Assembly (NCBI GenBank): GCA_965141245.1
Contig: CBCSLZ010000001.1
Span: 1,899 to 65,898 of the forward strand
Direction of reading: 5' to 3'
DNA: 64,000 nt
Source of the DNA: an uncultured Collinsella sp.
GTDB lineage: Bacteria; Actinomycetota; Coriobacteriia; Coriobacteriales; Coriobacteriaceae
Each line of letters starts with the position of its first letter. Within the stretch, counting starts at the first letter, position 1. Positions 28,113 to 39,000 of this stretch are shown here, piece after piece. Position numbers and translations under genes: made by a program. Under the pieces are notes generated by a model. The model saw only the letters and a program-made list of their open reading frames with translations, made no database searches and had not been told where the DNA came from.

Positions 28113-29102
28113 CTAGTTTCCCTGCGCGCCCGAGATGCCGTTTTGCAGGGCGTTCCAGGCATCCGTCGCCATGCCGCCCAAGTTCTGCGCGGTATCGCCC
28201 AGGTTCTGGGCCGTGTCGCCCAGCTCTTGCGCCTTGTCTCCCAACTCCTGTGCCTTGTTGCTCAAGTCCTCCAGCGTATTGGAGCTCGAGCTGTCGGTAC
28301 CGCTTTGTCCGTCGGACGAGTTGCCCGAGCTGTTCTTGTGCGTGAGCTGAATTTCGAGGTTACCGTTGTCGTTATAGTAGGCAGAAGTAACGACCCAGTT
28401 GGCATCGACAACGGGCGTTGAGCCATCATCAGTCAGGACCACGGCATTCGAAAGATCGGCGCCGCGCGACTTGAGGATCTTCTTGGCGTTGGACCAGTAC
28501 TGCCCCGGGATATCGCTCAGATCGACGGTGCTAGACGAGGCGGACTCGGTTTGTTCGGCAGTGGTATCGGCCGTTGAGCTCCCTCGCTTGTTGAGCATGC
28601 CCGACACGATGGCAAACACAACCGACAGCGCAAAGAAGATCGCCAGCACGATGAGGATCTTCTTGATCACGCTCGACGAACGCGACGGCGTCTCTTCCTC
28701 GTCCTCGCCATATTGCGGAATCGACTTGGGGTACTCGCGATACGGCTCGCGCGACTCGTAGCGAGGCTGCGCCGTGCGAGGCATATACGTCGTCTGCTGA
28801 GGCTGCGGAATGGGATTCTGCGGCAGGTCATCATAGGGATTCGGCGTCGAGGCGGCATAAGAATCCTGCGGCGCGTAATCAAACGGGTCCGGAGTTGCGT
28901 TGCTATAGGGGCCTTGCGAAGATGCAGCGTAAGAATCCTGCGCCGTGTCGCCATAGCCCATAACCCGGGTGGGCTCGGCAGAAGGCTGCGTCGCGGCGGG
29001 GTCGGTATAACCGGGGTTGGGAACAACGCGGGTCGCATCGGCGCTATCGCCAGCCTGCGCGGAACCGTAGCCGCCCATCACGGTTGTCTTGTCCTGATCC
29101 AT
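28113..29102 (-). CDS. Hypothetical single-pass membrane protein
   Basis: Pro/Tyr/Gln-rich N-terminus, one TM helix, PASTA-like segment (DIPGQYWSNAKKILKSRG) and heptad repeats AQ(E/N)LG(D/G). Confidence 0.65.
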   Translation of the reverse strand: MDQDKTTVMGGYGSAQAGDSADATRVVPNPGYTDPAATQPSAEPTRVMGYGDTAQDSYAASSQGPYSNATPDPFDYAPQDSYAASTPNPYDDLPQNPIPQPQQTTYMPRTAQPRYESREPYREYPKSIPQYGEDEEETPSRSSSVIKKILIVLAIFFALSVVFAIVSGMLNKRGSSTADTTAEQTESASSSTVDLSDIPGQYWSNAKKILKSRGADLSNAVVLTDDGSTPVVDANWVVTSAYYNDNGNLEIQLTHKNSSGNSSDGQSGTDSSSSNTLEDLSNKAQELGDKAQELGDTAQNLGDTAQNLGGMATDAWNALQNGISGAQGN

Positions 29103-29220
29103 GCAACGATTCCTTTCCGTCGCGCGTGAGCCTCAAGTTATCCATGCATTCTACCCGCGCAAAAGCCTATGATGGACGGAGCCCGTCGGTATCTACAAGA
29201 CATGCGCGGGCCTAAGGATC

Positions 29221-29256
29221 AAAAAGCCCCGCCGGGCCTTGTGGGCGCGGCGGGGC
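29221..29256 (-). terminator. Intrinsic terminator of fhs
   Basis: On the minus strand, GCCCCGCCG...CGGCGGGGC followed by TTTTT. Confidence 0.75.
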
Positions 29257-29281
29257 AAGCAAGCAGCTATGCGCAGCGAGC

Positions 29282-30949
29282 TTAGAACAGGCCGGTGATG
29301 TTGCCGTCGTTGTCGACGTCGATATTCTCGGCCGCGGGGACCTTGGGCAGGCCCGGCATGGTCAGAACACTGCCAGTCAGTGCGACCACAAAGTGGGCAC
29401 CGGCAGAAACCTTGAGCTCGCGCACCGTGATGCGGAAGTTCTCGGGAGCGCCCAGGGCCTTGGCGTTGTCGCTAAAGCTGTACTGCGTCTTGGCCACGCA
29501 CACCGGCAGGTTGCCAAAGCCGTTCTCGCGCAGCTCGGCAAGCTGGCGCTTGGCGGCCGGCGTAAAGTCGACGCCGTCGGCACGGTAAACCTTGGTGGCG
29601 ACGGCCTCGAGGGCATCGGCAACATCGGCGCCGTCCTCGTAGGCAAACTTGAGCTCGCTCGGCTGCTCAATCAGACGCATGACCTCATCGGCCAGCTCGA
29701 GCGCGCCCTCGCCGCCCTTGGCCCAGACCTCGGAAAGCTTAACGTTGACGCCGAGCTTCTGGCACTTGGACTCGATGAGCGCAAGCTCAGCCTCGGTGTC
29801 CGTCGGGAAACGGTTGATGGCGACCACGCAGGGCAGACCATAAACGTTCTGGATGTTGTCGACGTGACGCAGCAGGTTGGGCATGCCGGCCTTGAGTGCC
29901 TCGAGGTTCTCCTCGTTGAGATCGGCCTTGGCGACGCCACCGTTGTACTTCAACGCACGAGCGGTCGCGACGACCACGACGGCGCTGGGGCGAACGCCCG
30001 TCATGCGGCACTTGATATCGAGGAACTTCTCGGCACCCAGATCGGCACCGAAGCCGGCCTCGGTAATGGCAACATCGCCAAAGCGCATCGCCATACGCGT
30101 GGCCATGATAGAGTTGCAGCCGTGGGCAATGTTGGCGAAGGGGCCGCCGTGGACAAACGCGGGCGTGCCCTCGAGCGTTTGCACCAGGTTGGGCTTGAGC
30201 GCGTCCTTAAGCAACGCGGCCATGGCACCCTGGGCCTTAAGGTCGCGGGCGCGGACGGGCTCGCCGGCAAAGCTGTAGCCGACGACGATCTCGCCCAGGC
30301 GCTCCTTGAGGTCGTTGATGCTCGTGGACAGGCACAAGATCGCCATGACCTCGGAGGCGACGGTGATATCGAAGCCGTCCTCGCGCGGCACGCCCTGGGC
30401 CTTACCGCCAATGCCGTCGATGACGTGGCGCAGCTGACGGTCGTTCATATCGACGACGCGCTTCCAAGTGATGCGTTTAACGTCAATACCGAGCTGGTTG
30501 CCCTGCTGAATATGGTTGTCGAGCATGGCGGCCAGCAGGTTGTTGGCAGCACCGATGGCGTGGAAGTCGCCGGTAAAGTGCAGGTTAATATCCTCCATGG
30601 GGATCACCTGAGCCCAGCCGCCACCGGCAGCACCGCCCTTAACGCCAAAGACAGGGCCGAGCGAAGGCTCGCGCAGGGCCACGGCACTCTTGACGCCGCG
30701 GCGACGCAGGCCATCGGCCAGACCGATGGTCGTGGTGGTCTTGCCCTCGCCCGCAGGCGTTGGGTTGATAGCGGTCACGAGGACGAGCTTGGCCTGGTGA
30801 TCAGTCGGCTCGTTGAGCAGTGAATAGTCGACCTTAGCCTTGTCGAAGCCGTACGGAATCAGGTGCTTTACGTCGACGCCGGCGTTCTTAGCCACCTCGG
30901 TAATGGGCAGCGGCGTGACGGAACGTGCGATTTCGATGTCAGTAGGCAT
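29282..30949 (-). CDS. fhs: Formate--tetrahydrofolate ligase
   Basis: [59 protein letters not shown] and TMPGLP. Confidence 0.97.
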   Translation of the reverse strand: MPTDIEIARSVTPLPITEVAKNAGVDVKHLIPYGFDKAKVDYSLLNEPTDHQAKLVLVTAINPTPAGEGKTTTTIGLADGLRRRGVKSAVALREPSLGPVFGVKGGAAGGGWAQVIPMEDINLHFTGDFHAIGAANNLLAAMLDNHIQQGNQLGIDVKRITWKRVVDMNDRQLRHVIDGIGGKAQGVPREDGFDITVASEVMAILCLSTSINDLKERLGEIVVGYSFAGEPVRARDLKAQGAMAALLKDALKPNLVQTLEGTPAFVHGGPFANIAHGCNSIMATRMAMRFGDVAITEAGFGADLGAEKFLDIKCRMTGVRPSAVVVVATARALKYNGGVAKADLNEENLEALKAGMPNLLRHVDNIQNVYGLPCVVAINRFPTDTEAELALIESKCQKLGVNVKLSEVWAKGGEGALELADEVMRLIEQPSELKFAYEDGADVADALEAVATKVYRADGVDFTPAAKRQLAELRENGFGNLPVCVAKTQYSFSDNAKALGAPENFRITVRELKVSAGAHFVVALTGSVLTMPGLPKVPAAENIDVDNDGNITGLF

Positions 30950-31093
30950 GGGCGGTCCTTTCGTTACCGAATGAGAAAAAGACCAATTCAGCATAGCACG
31001 GGCGCGCAATAGTAAAACACCCGTAACCGATGAACGGCGATATGTTTATCCAATGCTCAGCGATAGTCCAACAGCCCGCCAAAACATAGCGCC

Positions 31094-32161
31094 CTAAACG
31101 GTAGGTTCAATCCCCAGGTGCTCAAAGGTGCGAAGGGTCGCCTGACGGCCCTGCGGCGTACGAATCATCAACCCGCACTGCAGCAAATAGGGCTCATAGA
31201 CATCCTCGAGCGTGCCCGGGTCCTCGCCCACCGCGCTGGCAAGGGTCGTAAGTCCCACGGCACGACCGGAGAACGTCTTAGCGAGCGTCTCCAAAATGCG
31301 AATATCCATCCAGTCCAGACCGAGCTCGTCGATCTCGAAGAACTCGAGCGCCTGGCGACAGATATCGAGCTCGATGGGGCCGTTGCCGCGCACCTGTGCG
31401 TAATCGCGCACGCGCTTGAGAAGGCGGTTGGCAAGACGTGGCGTGCCGCGCGAACGCGAGCCGATCTCGAGTGCACTGGGATGGTCGATCGTCACGCCCA
31501 GGATAGTCGCCGAGCGCGTCACAATCTGCGCGAGCTCCTCGACCGTGTAGTAATCCAGGCGATATGAAATGCCAAAGCGGTCGCGCAACGGGCCGGTCAA
31601 CATGCCTGAGCGGGTCGTTGCCGCTACCAGCGTAAACTTGGGAATATCCAGGCGAATCGAGCGCGCCGCCGGACCCTTGCCAATCACGATATCGAGGGCA
31701 AAGTCCTCCATCGCGGGGTACAGGACCTCCTCGACCGAACGGTTGAGGCGGTGGATCTCGTCGATAAACAGCACATCACCCGGCTGCAAGTTAGTAAGGA
31801 TGGCCGCCAGGTCGCCCGTGCGCGCGATGGCAGGGCCACTCGTGGTCTTGATCTGAGCGCCCAGCTCGTTGGCGATAACGGTAGCCAGCGTGGTCTTGCC
31901 CAGGCCCGGAGGACCCGAGAAAATCACGTGGTCGAGCGTCTCGCCACGGCTCTGCGCCGCTTCGATCAACACGCGCAGACTCTGCTTGATGTGCTCCTGG
32001 CCGCAATAATCGTCCAGGCGCTGGGGGCGCAAAGTGCGGTCGACATCGAGGTCCTCGGCCGTCAGCTCCGAGCCCACCATGCGCTCGCCGTGCGCCATGG
32101 ATGCCGCCGGCGAGTTGCCGGGCGTCGCCCACAGGTCCTGAGAGTCATCGGCTTCCCACAT
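31094..32161 (-). CDS. ruvB: Holliday junction branch migration helicase
   Basis: [39 protein letters not shown] and EPYL. Confidence 0.97.
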   Translation of the reverse strand: MWEADDSQDLWATPGNSPAASMAHGERMVGSELTAEDLDVDRTLRPQRLDDYCGQEHIKQSLRVLIEAAQSRGETLDHVIFSGPPGLGKTTLATVIANELGAQIKTTSGPAIARTGDLAAILTNLQPGDVLFIDEIHRLNRSVEEVLYPAMEDFALDIVIGKGPAARSIRLDIPKFTLVAATTRSGMLTGPLRDRFGISYRLDYYTVEELAQIVTRSATILGVTIDHPSALEIGSRSRGTPRLANRLLKRVRDYAQVRGNGPIELDICRQALEFFEIDELGLDWMDIRILETLAKTFSGRAVGLTTLASAVGEDPGTLEDVYEPYLLQCGLMIRTPQGRQATLRTFEHLGIEPTV

Positions 32162-32781
32162 CACGCATCCATTCCGAGTCGCTTAAGCGCCGCGCCGAGC
32201 AGATCCTCGACACGCATATTCTGCCCATCATACCCGCTCAGGGCAACATCGGTCTCCTGCGGGCTAAAGCCCATGGAAAGGAGCGCCGCACGGGCGTCAT
32301 CGATCGCCGAAGGAGCGGCGGCGGGAACCGGCATCGCAACCTGGCCGGGAATCACGTCGACCGGCACAAAGCCCTTATCCTTGGCAAAGGTGCTCTTGAG
32401 TTCCAGGATCAGGCGTTGAGCTGTCTTTTTGCCCACACCGGGCACCTTGGCCATGCCCTTGTCGTCCTCGGCCATCACCAGCGAATACAGCTGTCCCACG
32501 GTATAGGTGGAAAGCACGGCAAGCGCCAGGCGCGGACCGACACCCGAGACGGAAACGAGCCGATCGAACATCGTACGCTCGTCCTTGGAAGCAAAGCCAA
32601 AGAGCGTCATGGCGTCCTCACGGACCTGCATGCGGGTATAGAGGCGAACCTCACCGCCGGGCGTGGGCAGCGTGGCAGCAGTGCTGCCCGAAATGCCGAG
32701 CTCAAAGCCAACGCCCGACACATCGACGACAGCAGAGCTCATCGTGGCCTCGACAAGCGTTCCGTGGAGCTGGGAAATCAT
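32161..32781 (-). CDS. ruvA: Holliday junction DNA-binding subunit
   Basis: [27 protein letters not shown] and [16 protein letters not shown] overlaps with both neighbours. Confidence 0.95.
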   Translation of the reverse strand: MISQLHGTLVEATMSSAVVDVSGVGFELGISGSTAATLPTPGGEVRLYTRMQVREDAMTLFGFASKDERTMFDRLVSVSGVGPRLALAVLSTYTVGQLYSLVMAEDDKGMAKVPGVGKKTAQRLILELKSTFAKDKGFVPVDVIPGQVAMPVPAAAPSAIDDARAALLSMGFSPQETDVALSGYDGQNMRVEDLLGAALKRLGMDA

Positions 32782-33302
32782 CAGTATCCGGTTCCTCTCT
32801 GTTGATAGAACTCGCCACCGGTGAGGGCGCGGGTGCGGCTGAGGTTTACGTGGCAGATGGCGCAGGCCAGGGCATCGGCGGCATGGTCGGGATGCGGGTC
32901 GTGGTCGAGCTGTGTGAGCGTGCGTACCATATAGGCGACCTGCCGCTTGTCCGCGGCGCCGGTGCCCACCACAGCCTGTTTGATCTGCATGGGCGTGTAC
33001 TCGCCAATCTCGAGCGCGCATTCCGAAAGCGCTACGAGTGCAGCACCGCGGGCATGCGCCGTAGGGATGGCCGAGCGAACGTTGGCGCCAAAGTAGATAC
33101 TCTCGACAGCAGCCGTGTCGGGTCGATAACGCTCAACGACATCCTTAAGGTCATGGGCGATATGCGACAGGCGCACCGCGAGCGGACTTCCGGCACTGGT
33201 CTCTATGCAGCCATAGGCACGGCAGCGAACCTCGCCACGCCGCTCCTCGATAATCCCCCAACCCGTATGAGCCAAACCGGGGTCGATGCCCAAGATAACC
33301 AT
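32781..33302 (-). CDS. ruvC: Crossover junction endodeoxyribonuclease
   Basis: ILGIDPG, AVES, EYTPMQIKQAV.G.G.ADK.QV and DHAADALACA. Confidence 0.96.
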   Translation of the reverse strand: MVILGIDPGLAHTGWGIIEERRGEVRCRAYGCIETSAGSPLAVRLSHIAHDLKDVVERYRPDTAAVESIYFGANVRSAIPTAHARGAALVALSECALEIGEYTPMQIKQAVVGTGAADKRQVAYMVRTLTQLDHDPHPDHAADALACAICHVNLSRTRALTGGEFYQQRGTGY

Positions 33303-33439
33303 GCCAGCCTCCCCTCGCCTACCGCCAAGCGCAAGGCAAGGCCCCGCGCACTATTCACGAACGTCTGTTCTAGAATAACACAACGGGGCCAAGATACTTA
33401 GTTGAAGTGTCGGCGTTGGGAGCAAATCCCGTCTCCAGC

Positions 33440-35425
33440 TTAATTCTGCGAGAAGAATGGGAACTGCCTCGGATCAACCGGCGGGTGCGGCATCGGTCCG
33501 CCCTGGGGCCCACCCTGCGAGCCGCCCTGACCGCCCATCATCTTATCGATGGCGTCCTGAACCTCGCCCTCGAACTTTTTCATACCCTCATGCAGACGAC
33601 GCTGGCCATCCTCAGAGCGCAGCTCCTCCATCTGCTCGGGCGAAATACCCAGTAGCTCGCCCAGCACGCCCATCATCTCGTTTCGTACGCGCTCGCTCGT
33701 ATCCTCGTCAGCAAAGCGGCGCACCTCGGCGCGCGCTAACGAATCGACCGTCATGCGCTCTTTACCGCTAAGGCCAAGATCGGACCACGCGAGCATATAC
33801 GGCCAGGCACGCTCGGCAAACGAACGGGCCGAGACGATCGGCGCCGTCGGCAACATGCGGCGGGCAGCCTCACCCTGTCGAACGAGCATCAGCAGCAGCG
33901 AGCAAGCCTCAGGCTTGTCAGCGGCCATCGGGATGTCGTCGAAAGATCGATTGCGGTCCACGTGCGCCTCGAGCGCGCCATCGACCTCACCCGGCTCGAG
34001 CCCACCGAGCAGCTGTGCCGCGCGGTCGAGCATATCGACCGGGCCGTCGAGCGTCGAGAGCGCCTGCGCCAGCACGCGCTCCATATAATCTTCCACCGCG
34101 TTGAGCGTCACGAGCTCTTGGGGCACCACGGCAGACGTGCGGTTGCGCACACGCGCCACAAACTCAAGCGTCGACAGGTACACATCGCCAAAGGGCGCAA
34201 AGTCGCCCTGGTAGCCGCCGCAAAGCGCCGGCGCCGCCAGCGCGTACTCGGTTTTGGACAGCGGGCTCAGCGCCATCGCACCCAGCTCGAGCGCCGTGTC
34301 CTCCAGCATGAGGCCCAACGTGCGCGAGCGCAGACGCTCGGCATCGCCCGCCGACACGTCGCGATCGAGCACGCGTGCCGCATCCGGTGCATCGCGCTCG
34401 ACGGTGCGAATGTGCAAACGCTCGGCGATGGCGCGGACGGCGGCACAGCGGGCAGCCTCGGCCTCTTCCTGCGCCGGCGTAAAGATACGGTTGCGTCCCA
34501 GCACCAGGCCAATCACATTACGCGGGCCCAGAGCGTCGACGGCCAGCGCCGTCAGCAGGGACGACGGCAAGTCACCCTCGAGTGCCACCACAGCACGCGA
34601 CGCACCGTGGGCTCGGGCGTTGTCGCGCACGGCGAGCACCAGCGCCTGCCACAGCCACTCCTCGGAACGGAACTCGGGCAGTTCGTGATCTTCCAGGGCA
34701 TCAAGCATCACGCCGCGCTGAATCTCCTGGACCAGCAGGCTCTCCTCAAAACACGGCGCCTGGGCCACCACGCGACCGCAGTCGTCGAGCACAAACGAAC
34801 CGCCGGTATACACCGACTCGTCATAGGCACCGACCGGCGCCATGCAGGCAAACCACACGCTGCGCTTGGATGCGATCTTGCGGTAGGCTCCGCTGCGAAC
34901 GGCGGCAATGGCGGCAGTCTCGCGGTCGGTCATGTCAAACGCGTTGAATTGGAAATACGAAATGAGGTCAACACCGGTCGGCAACATCTCGAGTTCGCGG
35001 TCCAAGTCAAAAATCACGGCGATGCGCACGCCGTCCACGTCGAACACCGGCGGCGCCCAACGCGTGTCGCTGTTCTCGCCACGCTGCAGGGCAATGCTCG
35101 AACGCGCCGGCACCACATGACCGTCCTTGAGCATCATGTAGTCGAGCAGCGGCTGGCCCTCAAACGAAACCGCCGCGGGCACGATGCAGATCATGTCAAG
35201 CTCCTGGATACGCTCGGCGACACCAGTCAAGCCGGCAAGCATGTCGTGCTCAAAGTCGGCAGCGCCCACCAGGCCACCGGGCATGGCGCCCATAAAGAGC
35301 GGAGCCGGAACGCACAGCACGCGCGCTCCGCGCTCGTGGGCCAGACGAGCCTGGTCCTCGATGCGGCCGCAAATGCCCTCAATATCACCCAGGCGCATAT
35401 CGATCTGTGCAAGCGCGAGCTTCAT
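33440..35425 (-). CDS. Glutamine-dependent NAD synthetase-like protein with degenerate catalytic motifs
   Basis: Nitrilase-fold N-domain (KLALAQ...GDIEG, VYTGGSFV, APCFEE) fused to a NadE-like domain (LVLAVRD, AVDALGPRNV, SKTEYAL, GDFAPFGDVY). Canonical active-site motifs are altered. Confidence 0.7.
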   Translation of the reverse strand: MKLALAQIDMRLGDIEGICGRIEDQARLAHERGARVLCVPAPLFMGAMPGGLVGAADFEHDMLAGLTGVAERIQELDMICIVPAAVSFEGQPLLDYMMLKDGHVVPARSSIALQRGENSDTRWAPPVFDVDGVRIAVIFDLDRELEMLPTGVDLISYFQFNAFDMTDRETAAIAAVRSGAYRKIASKRSVWFACMAPVGAYDESVYTGGSFVLDDCGRVVAQAPCFEESLLVQEIQRGVMLDALEDHELPEFRSEEWLWQALVLAVRDNARAHGASRAVVALEGDLPSSLLTALAVDALGPRNVIGLVLGRNRIFTPAQEEAEAARCAAVRAIAERLHIRTVERDAPDAARVLDRDVSAGDAERLRSRTLGLMLEDTALELGAMALSPLSKTEYALAAPALCGGYQGDFAPFGDVYLSTLEFVARVRNRTSAVVPQELVTLNAVEDYMERVLAQALSTLDGPVDMLDRAAQLLGGLEPGEVDGALEAHVDRNRSFDDIPMAADKPEACSLLLMLVRQGEAARRMLPTAPIVSARSFAERAWPYMLAWSDLGLSGKERMTVDSLARAEVRRFADEDTSERVRNEMMGVLGELLGISPEQMEELRSEDGQRRLHEGMKKFEGEVQDAIDKMMGGQGGSQGGPQGGPMPHPPVDPRQFPFFSQN

Positions 35426-35542
35426 GGCTCAGCCCTTTCCGTCGTAAACCATCGAAATCGTAGTAAAAGCGCCGGCCGCATAATGCAGTCGGCGCTTGCA
35501 TGTGCATATGCTAGCTATGATACCCCGAGCGGGGGCGCGCTC

Positions 35543-35905
35543 CTAGAATGTCGCGGACCACAGCCCGTGCAGGTTGCAGTAGGCATAGACGGTACCGGTC
35601 TTGGAGCCGCCCGCGAAAAACGTCGCGGGTTTCATGCCGGGCTCAAGGTAATGGACCTCTAAGCGGCCCTCGGCCTCAAGGGCGATCCACTCAATGTAGT
35701 GCTCGGGCAGGCTGGGGTGCTCGACCGAGCCAACGCGGGCGCGAATCACGTGACCGTCGCGCTCGGTCTCGACAACAGGCACGTGCTTCTCATGCGCCGC
35801 GTCCTCAGTGTTTGCGGTCAGTTCCGTGCAACCGGCAGGGGTCGCAACGTCGTCGCCAAGGGCAGCAATGAGCTTACCGTCGGGGTCCTTAAAGAATTTC
35901 GCCAT
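35543..35905 (-). CDS. Superoxide reductase (desulfoferrodoxin family)
   Basis: EKHVP, HPSLPEHYIEWI and YCNLHGLW iron ligands; SD AAGGAG. Confidence 0.92.
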   Translation of the reverse strand: MAKFFKDPDGKLIAALGDDVATPAGCTELTANTEDAAHEKHVPVVETERDGHVIRARVGSVEHPSLPEHYIEWIALEAEGRLEVHYLEPGMKPATFFAGGSKTGTVYAYCNLHGLWSATF

Positions 35906-36055
35906 GATGTTCTCCTTTGCTGATGTGCCAATGTTCTTGATGGTTCTTATGCCCAAAGGCAGACAAACCATCCACGGCATTGCAAATGAACACATAACGG
36001 GCGGGGACGATGGGACAGCGTGTGCCATCCGCCCTGACGGCCCCACCCGAGCTGG

Positions 36056-39000
36056 TTAGCGCCCGTCGCCGCCGAGCAGTGCCAGAACATCCTCGCGCGT
36101 GAACAGTGCCGACGAGATGCCGTCGCCGCCGAGCACGCTGTTGACCAAGTCGCGCTTGGACTCCTGCATCCGCATAATGCGTTCCTCGATCGTGTCCTTG
36201 GCGATGAGCTTGTACACGGTCACGGTGTGCTGCTGGCCAATACGATGCGCGCGGTCAGTCGCTTGGTCCTGCGCCGCCACGTTCCACCACGGGTCATAGT
36301 GGATGACCACGTCGGCCGCCGTCAGGTTAAGGCCCACGCCGCCCGCCTTGAGCGAAATCAAAAAGACCGGCACCTCGCCCGCCTGGAACTGTGCGACCAT
36401 CTTGGCGCGGCTCTCTTTAGACGATGCGCCCGTGAGCTTAAGGAAGGCGATATCCTCCTTGGCCAAACGCTTGCCGATGATATCGAGCATACCCGTAAAC
36501 TGGCTGAACAACAGGATGCGATGCCCGCCGTCGAGTGCGCCGTGCACGAGCTCCATGCACGTATCGAGCTTGGCGCTCCCCGCCTTGTAATCCTCGTAGT
36601 GCAGACGCGGGTCGCAGCAGATCTGGCGCAGTTTGGTGAGCTCGGCGAGCACCTTGAGCTTGTCTTTCTTAAACTCGGATGCCTCGCGATGCTGCACCTG
36701 CTGGGCGATGCGGTCCTGGTTGGCCAGGTAGAGCTTGCGCTGCTCGCCGGTGAGCTGCGCCATGACCGTATCCTCGATCTTCTCGGGCAGGTCGGCCACC
36801 ACGTCTTCCTTGACACGGCGCAGCACAAACGGCGACACGAGCGCTTGCAGGCGGGCGGCACTGTCGCCCTCGGCATGCTCGACCGGGCTTTCGAAGCGCT
36901 TTGCAAACGACTCGCGCGTGCCAAGCAGGCCCGGCATCAAAAAGTCGAAGATACTCCAGAGCTCGGATAGGCGGTTTTCGATGGGCGTGCCCGTCAGGGC
37001 AAAGCGCACGCCGGCCGGCAGGCGCTTGGTGGCACGCGCCACCTGGGTGAGCGGGTTTTTAATGTACTGGGCCTCATCGAGCACCACGCGGGCAAAGTCC
37101 TGCTCGACGTATTCGTCGATGTCGCGGCGCATGAGGTCATACGACGTCACGACCACGTTATGCTCGACCACGCCGGCAATCTGTACGCGACGCTGCGCCT
37201 TGGCGCCCACGATGGCGCACACATCGAGCGAGGGCGCAAAGCGCTCCAGCTCGGCAGTCCAGTTGTACACGAGTGAGGCCGGGCATACCACGAGCGTGGG
37301 CTTGGTGTCCCCCGCCTCTACGCGCGCCAGGATATGCGCAATCATCTGGAGCGTTTTGCCCAGGCCCATATCGTCGGCCAAGATGCCACCAAGGCCCAAA
37401 TGCTCAAGCGAGCCGAGCCACTGGTAGCCGTCGACCTGGTAGCCACGCAGCGTAGCCTTGAGCGAGGCGGGCACCGTAAAGTCCATCTTGCCGAGCGTGT
37501 CCAGACGCTCGACGGTGCGGCGGAACGCGGCGTCGCGATCGGCCTCGAGCGCCGGCGTGCGCGCGAGCATGCTATCGACAAAAAGGGTGCTCGACGCGGG
37601 AAGTGACACGCCGTCGAGCAGGTCGACGGCATCGACGCCCAGGTCCTTGGCAAGGCCAAACGCGGCACGAGCGCCCTCGTCCAGGCGAACGATGTCGCCG
37701 GATGTAAGTCGCGCGAACGATTGATGGCGCTTGTACGAATCGAGATAGACGGCAAGGTCCGCGGCCGAAAGCCCGCTCGCGCCCAGCTCGACATCGAGCA
37801 GATTGCTCTTGACGGTCGCACGCACCGAAAGCTTGGGCGCAGGGCGGACCGAGACCTGGCGCAGGCGGTCGCTGAGCATGACCTCGCCCAGCTCGGACAG
37901 GGCAGACAGGCCCTCGGTCAGCAAGTGGAACAGGCTCTCGTCATCGCGCTCCTCAAACGCCAGACCGCCCTCATAGAAATCGAAGTACAGGGCCGTCGTA
38001 TCCATAACGCGAAACTCTGCTATCTCGTCGCGCGGCGGCACGCCCGGGCGCGGCTCTTCGAAGGGGCTGCCCGGAGCGCCCAGGCTAAAGAGATCTGCCG
38101 ACCAGTCGCCGTAGGAAACCGTAATTTTGCAGCTCACAAGCCCGTCATCGACACCGATTGCCATGGCAAAGCTCGGCTCGGGCGCCACGGTGTCGAGCAC
38201 GGCGGGAGCGGTGAGGTCGGTGTATTCGCGCAGCACGGGCAGTGCCATGCGGCAGAATTCGCCCACCTGGTCGACAGCGATATGGACCGGCGTGCGACAG
38301 GGCAGTAAGCGCGATAGGAACGGCGCCGCATGCTGGGCAAACGCTGCATCGGTGCGGCGCGCACGGCGGGTGTCGACCAAATAGGCTACGTCGCCCGAAA
38401 CAAAGCAGTATGCATCGGCCGGCAGGCGCAGATCGTAGCTGCCGCCAGCCGCCGGCGTGATTTTGGCGGCAAGGAGCGGTGGGCGCTTAGACAGTGCCTC
38501 GTCCTCCCCTTCCGGAGGCATCTCAACCGCCACGTCATAGGTGCGATGCGTCGTCGTCCCCCGCGACCAGGCGGGCTCAAAGGAGATGGTCTGGCCGCGC
38601 AACAGGTCCAGCACATATACGATGCTATGCTCGGACAGTGGCAACTGACGCTCGGCGACAAAACCGCTGCGGGCAAAGTCGTACGACGCCGAACGCGAGC
38701 TTGTGATGTCATCGAGATAGGCAACTGTCGTCACAACAAGATTGAGCAGCTTTGTCGACACGTCTTCGAAGGCTTCGGGCGTATGGACAAACGTGAGCTT
38801 CTTGCCGTACGAGAAGGTGCCGCCGCGCACGTAGGCATCGGCCATGCCGTCGATGTCCTTGACCACGTAGGAGACCGATCCACAGCGAATGCGAAGCTCG
38901 AGCGCCCAGCTAAAGCGGTCGGCGAACAGTGGATTGTAGTACGGCACCAGCGAGGGCTCCAACACCGCCTTGGGGGCATCGGGATCCACACTGCTGGCGA

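Noticed and set aside
32782..33021. Extended N-terminus of ruvA in the ORF track
   Set aside because: Overlaps ruvC; the true start is the coupled ATG at 32781.
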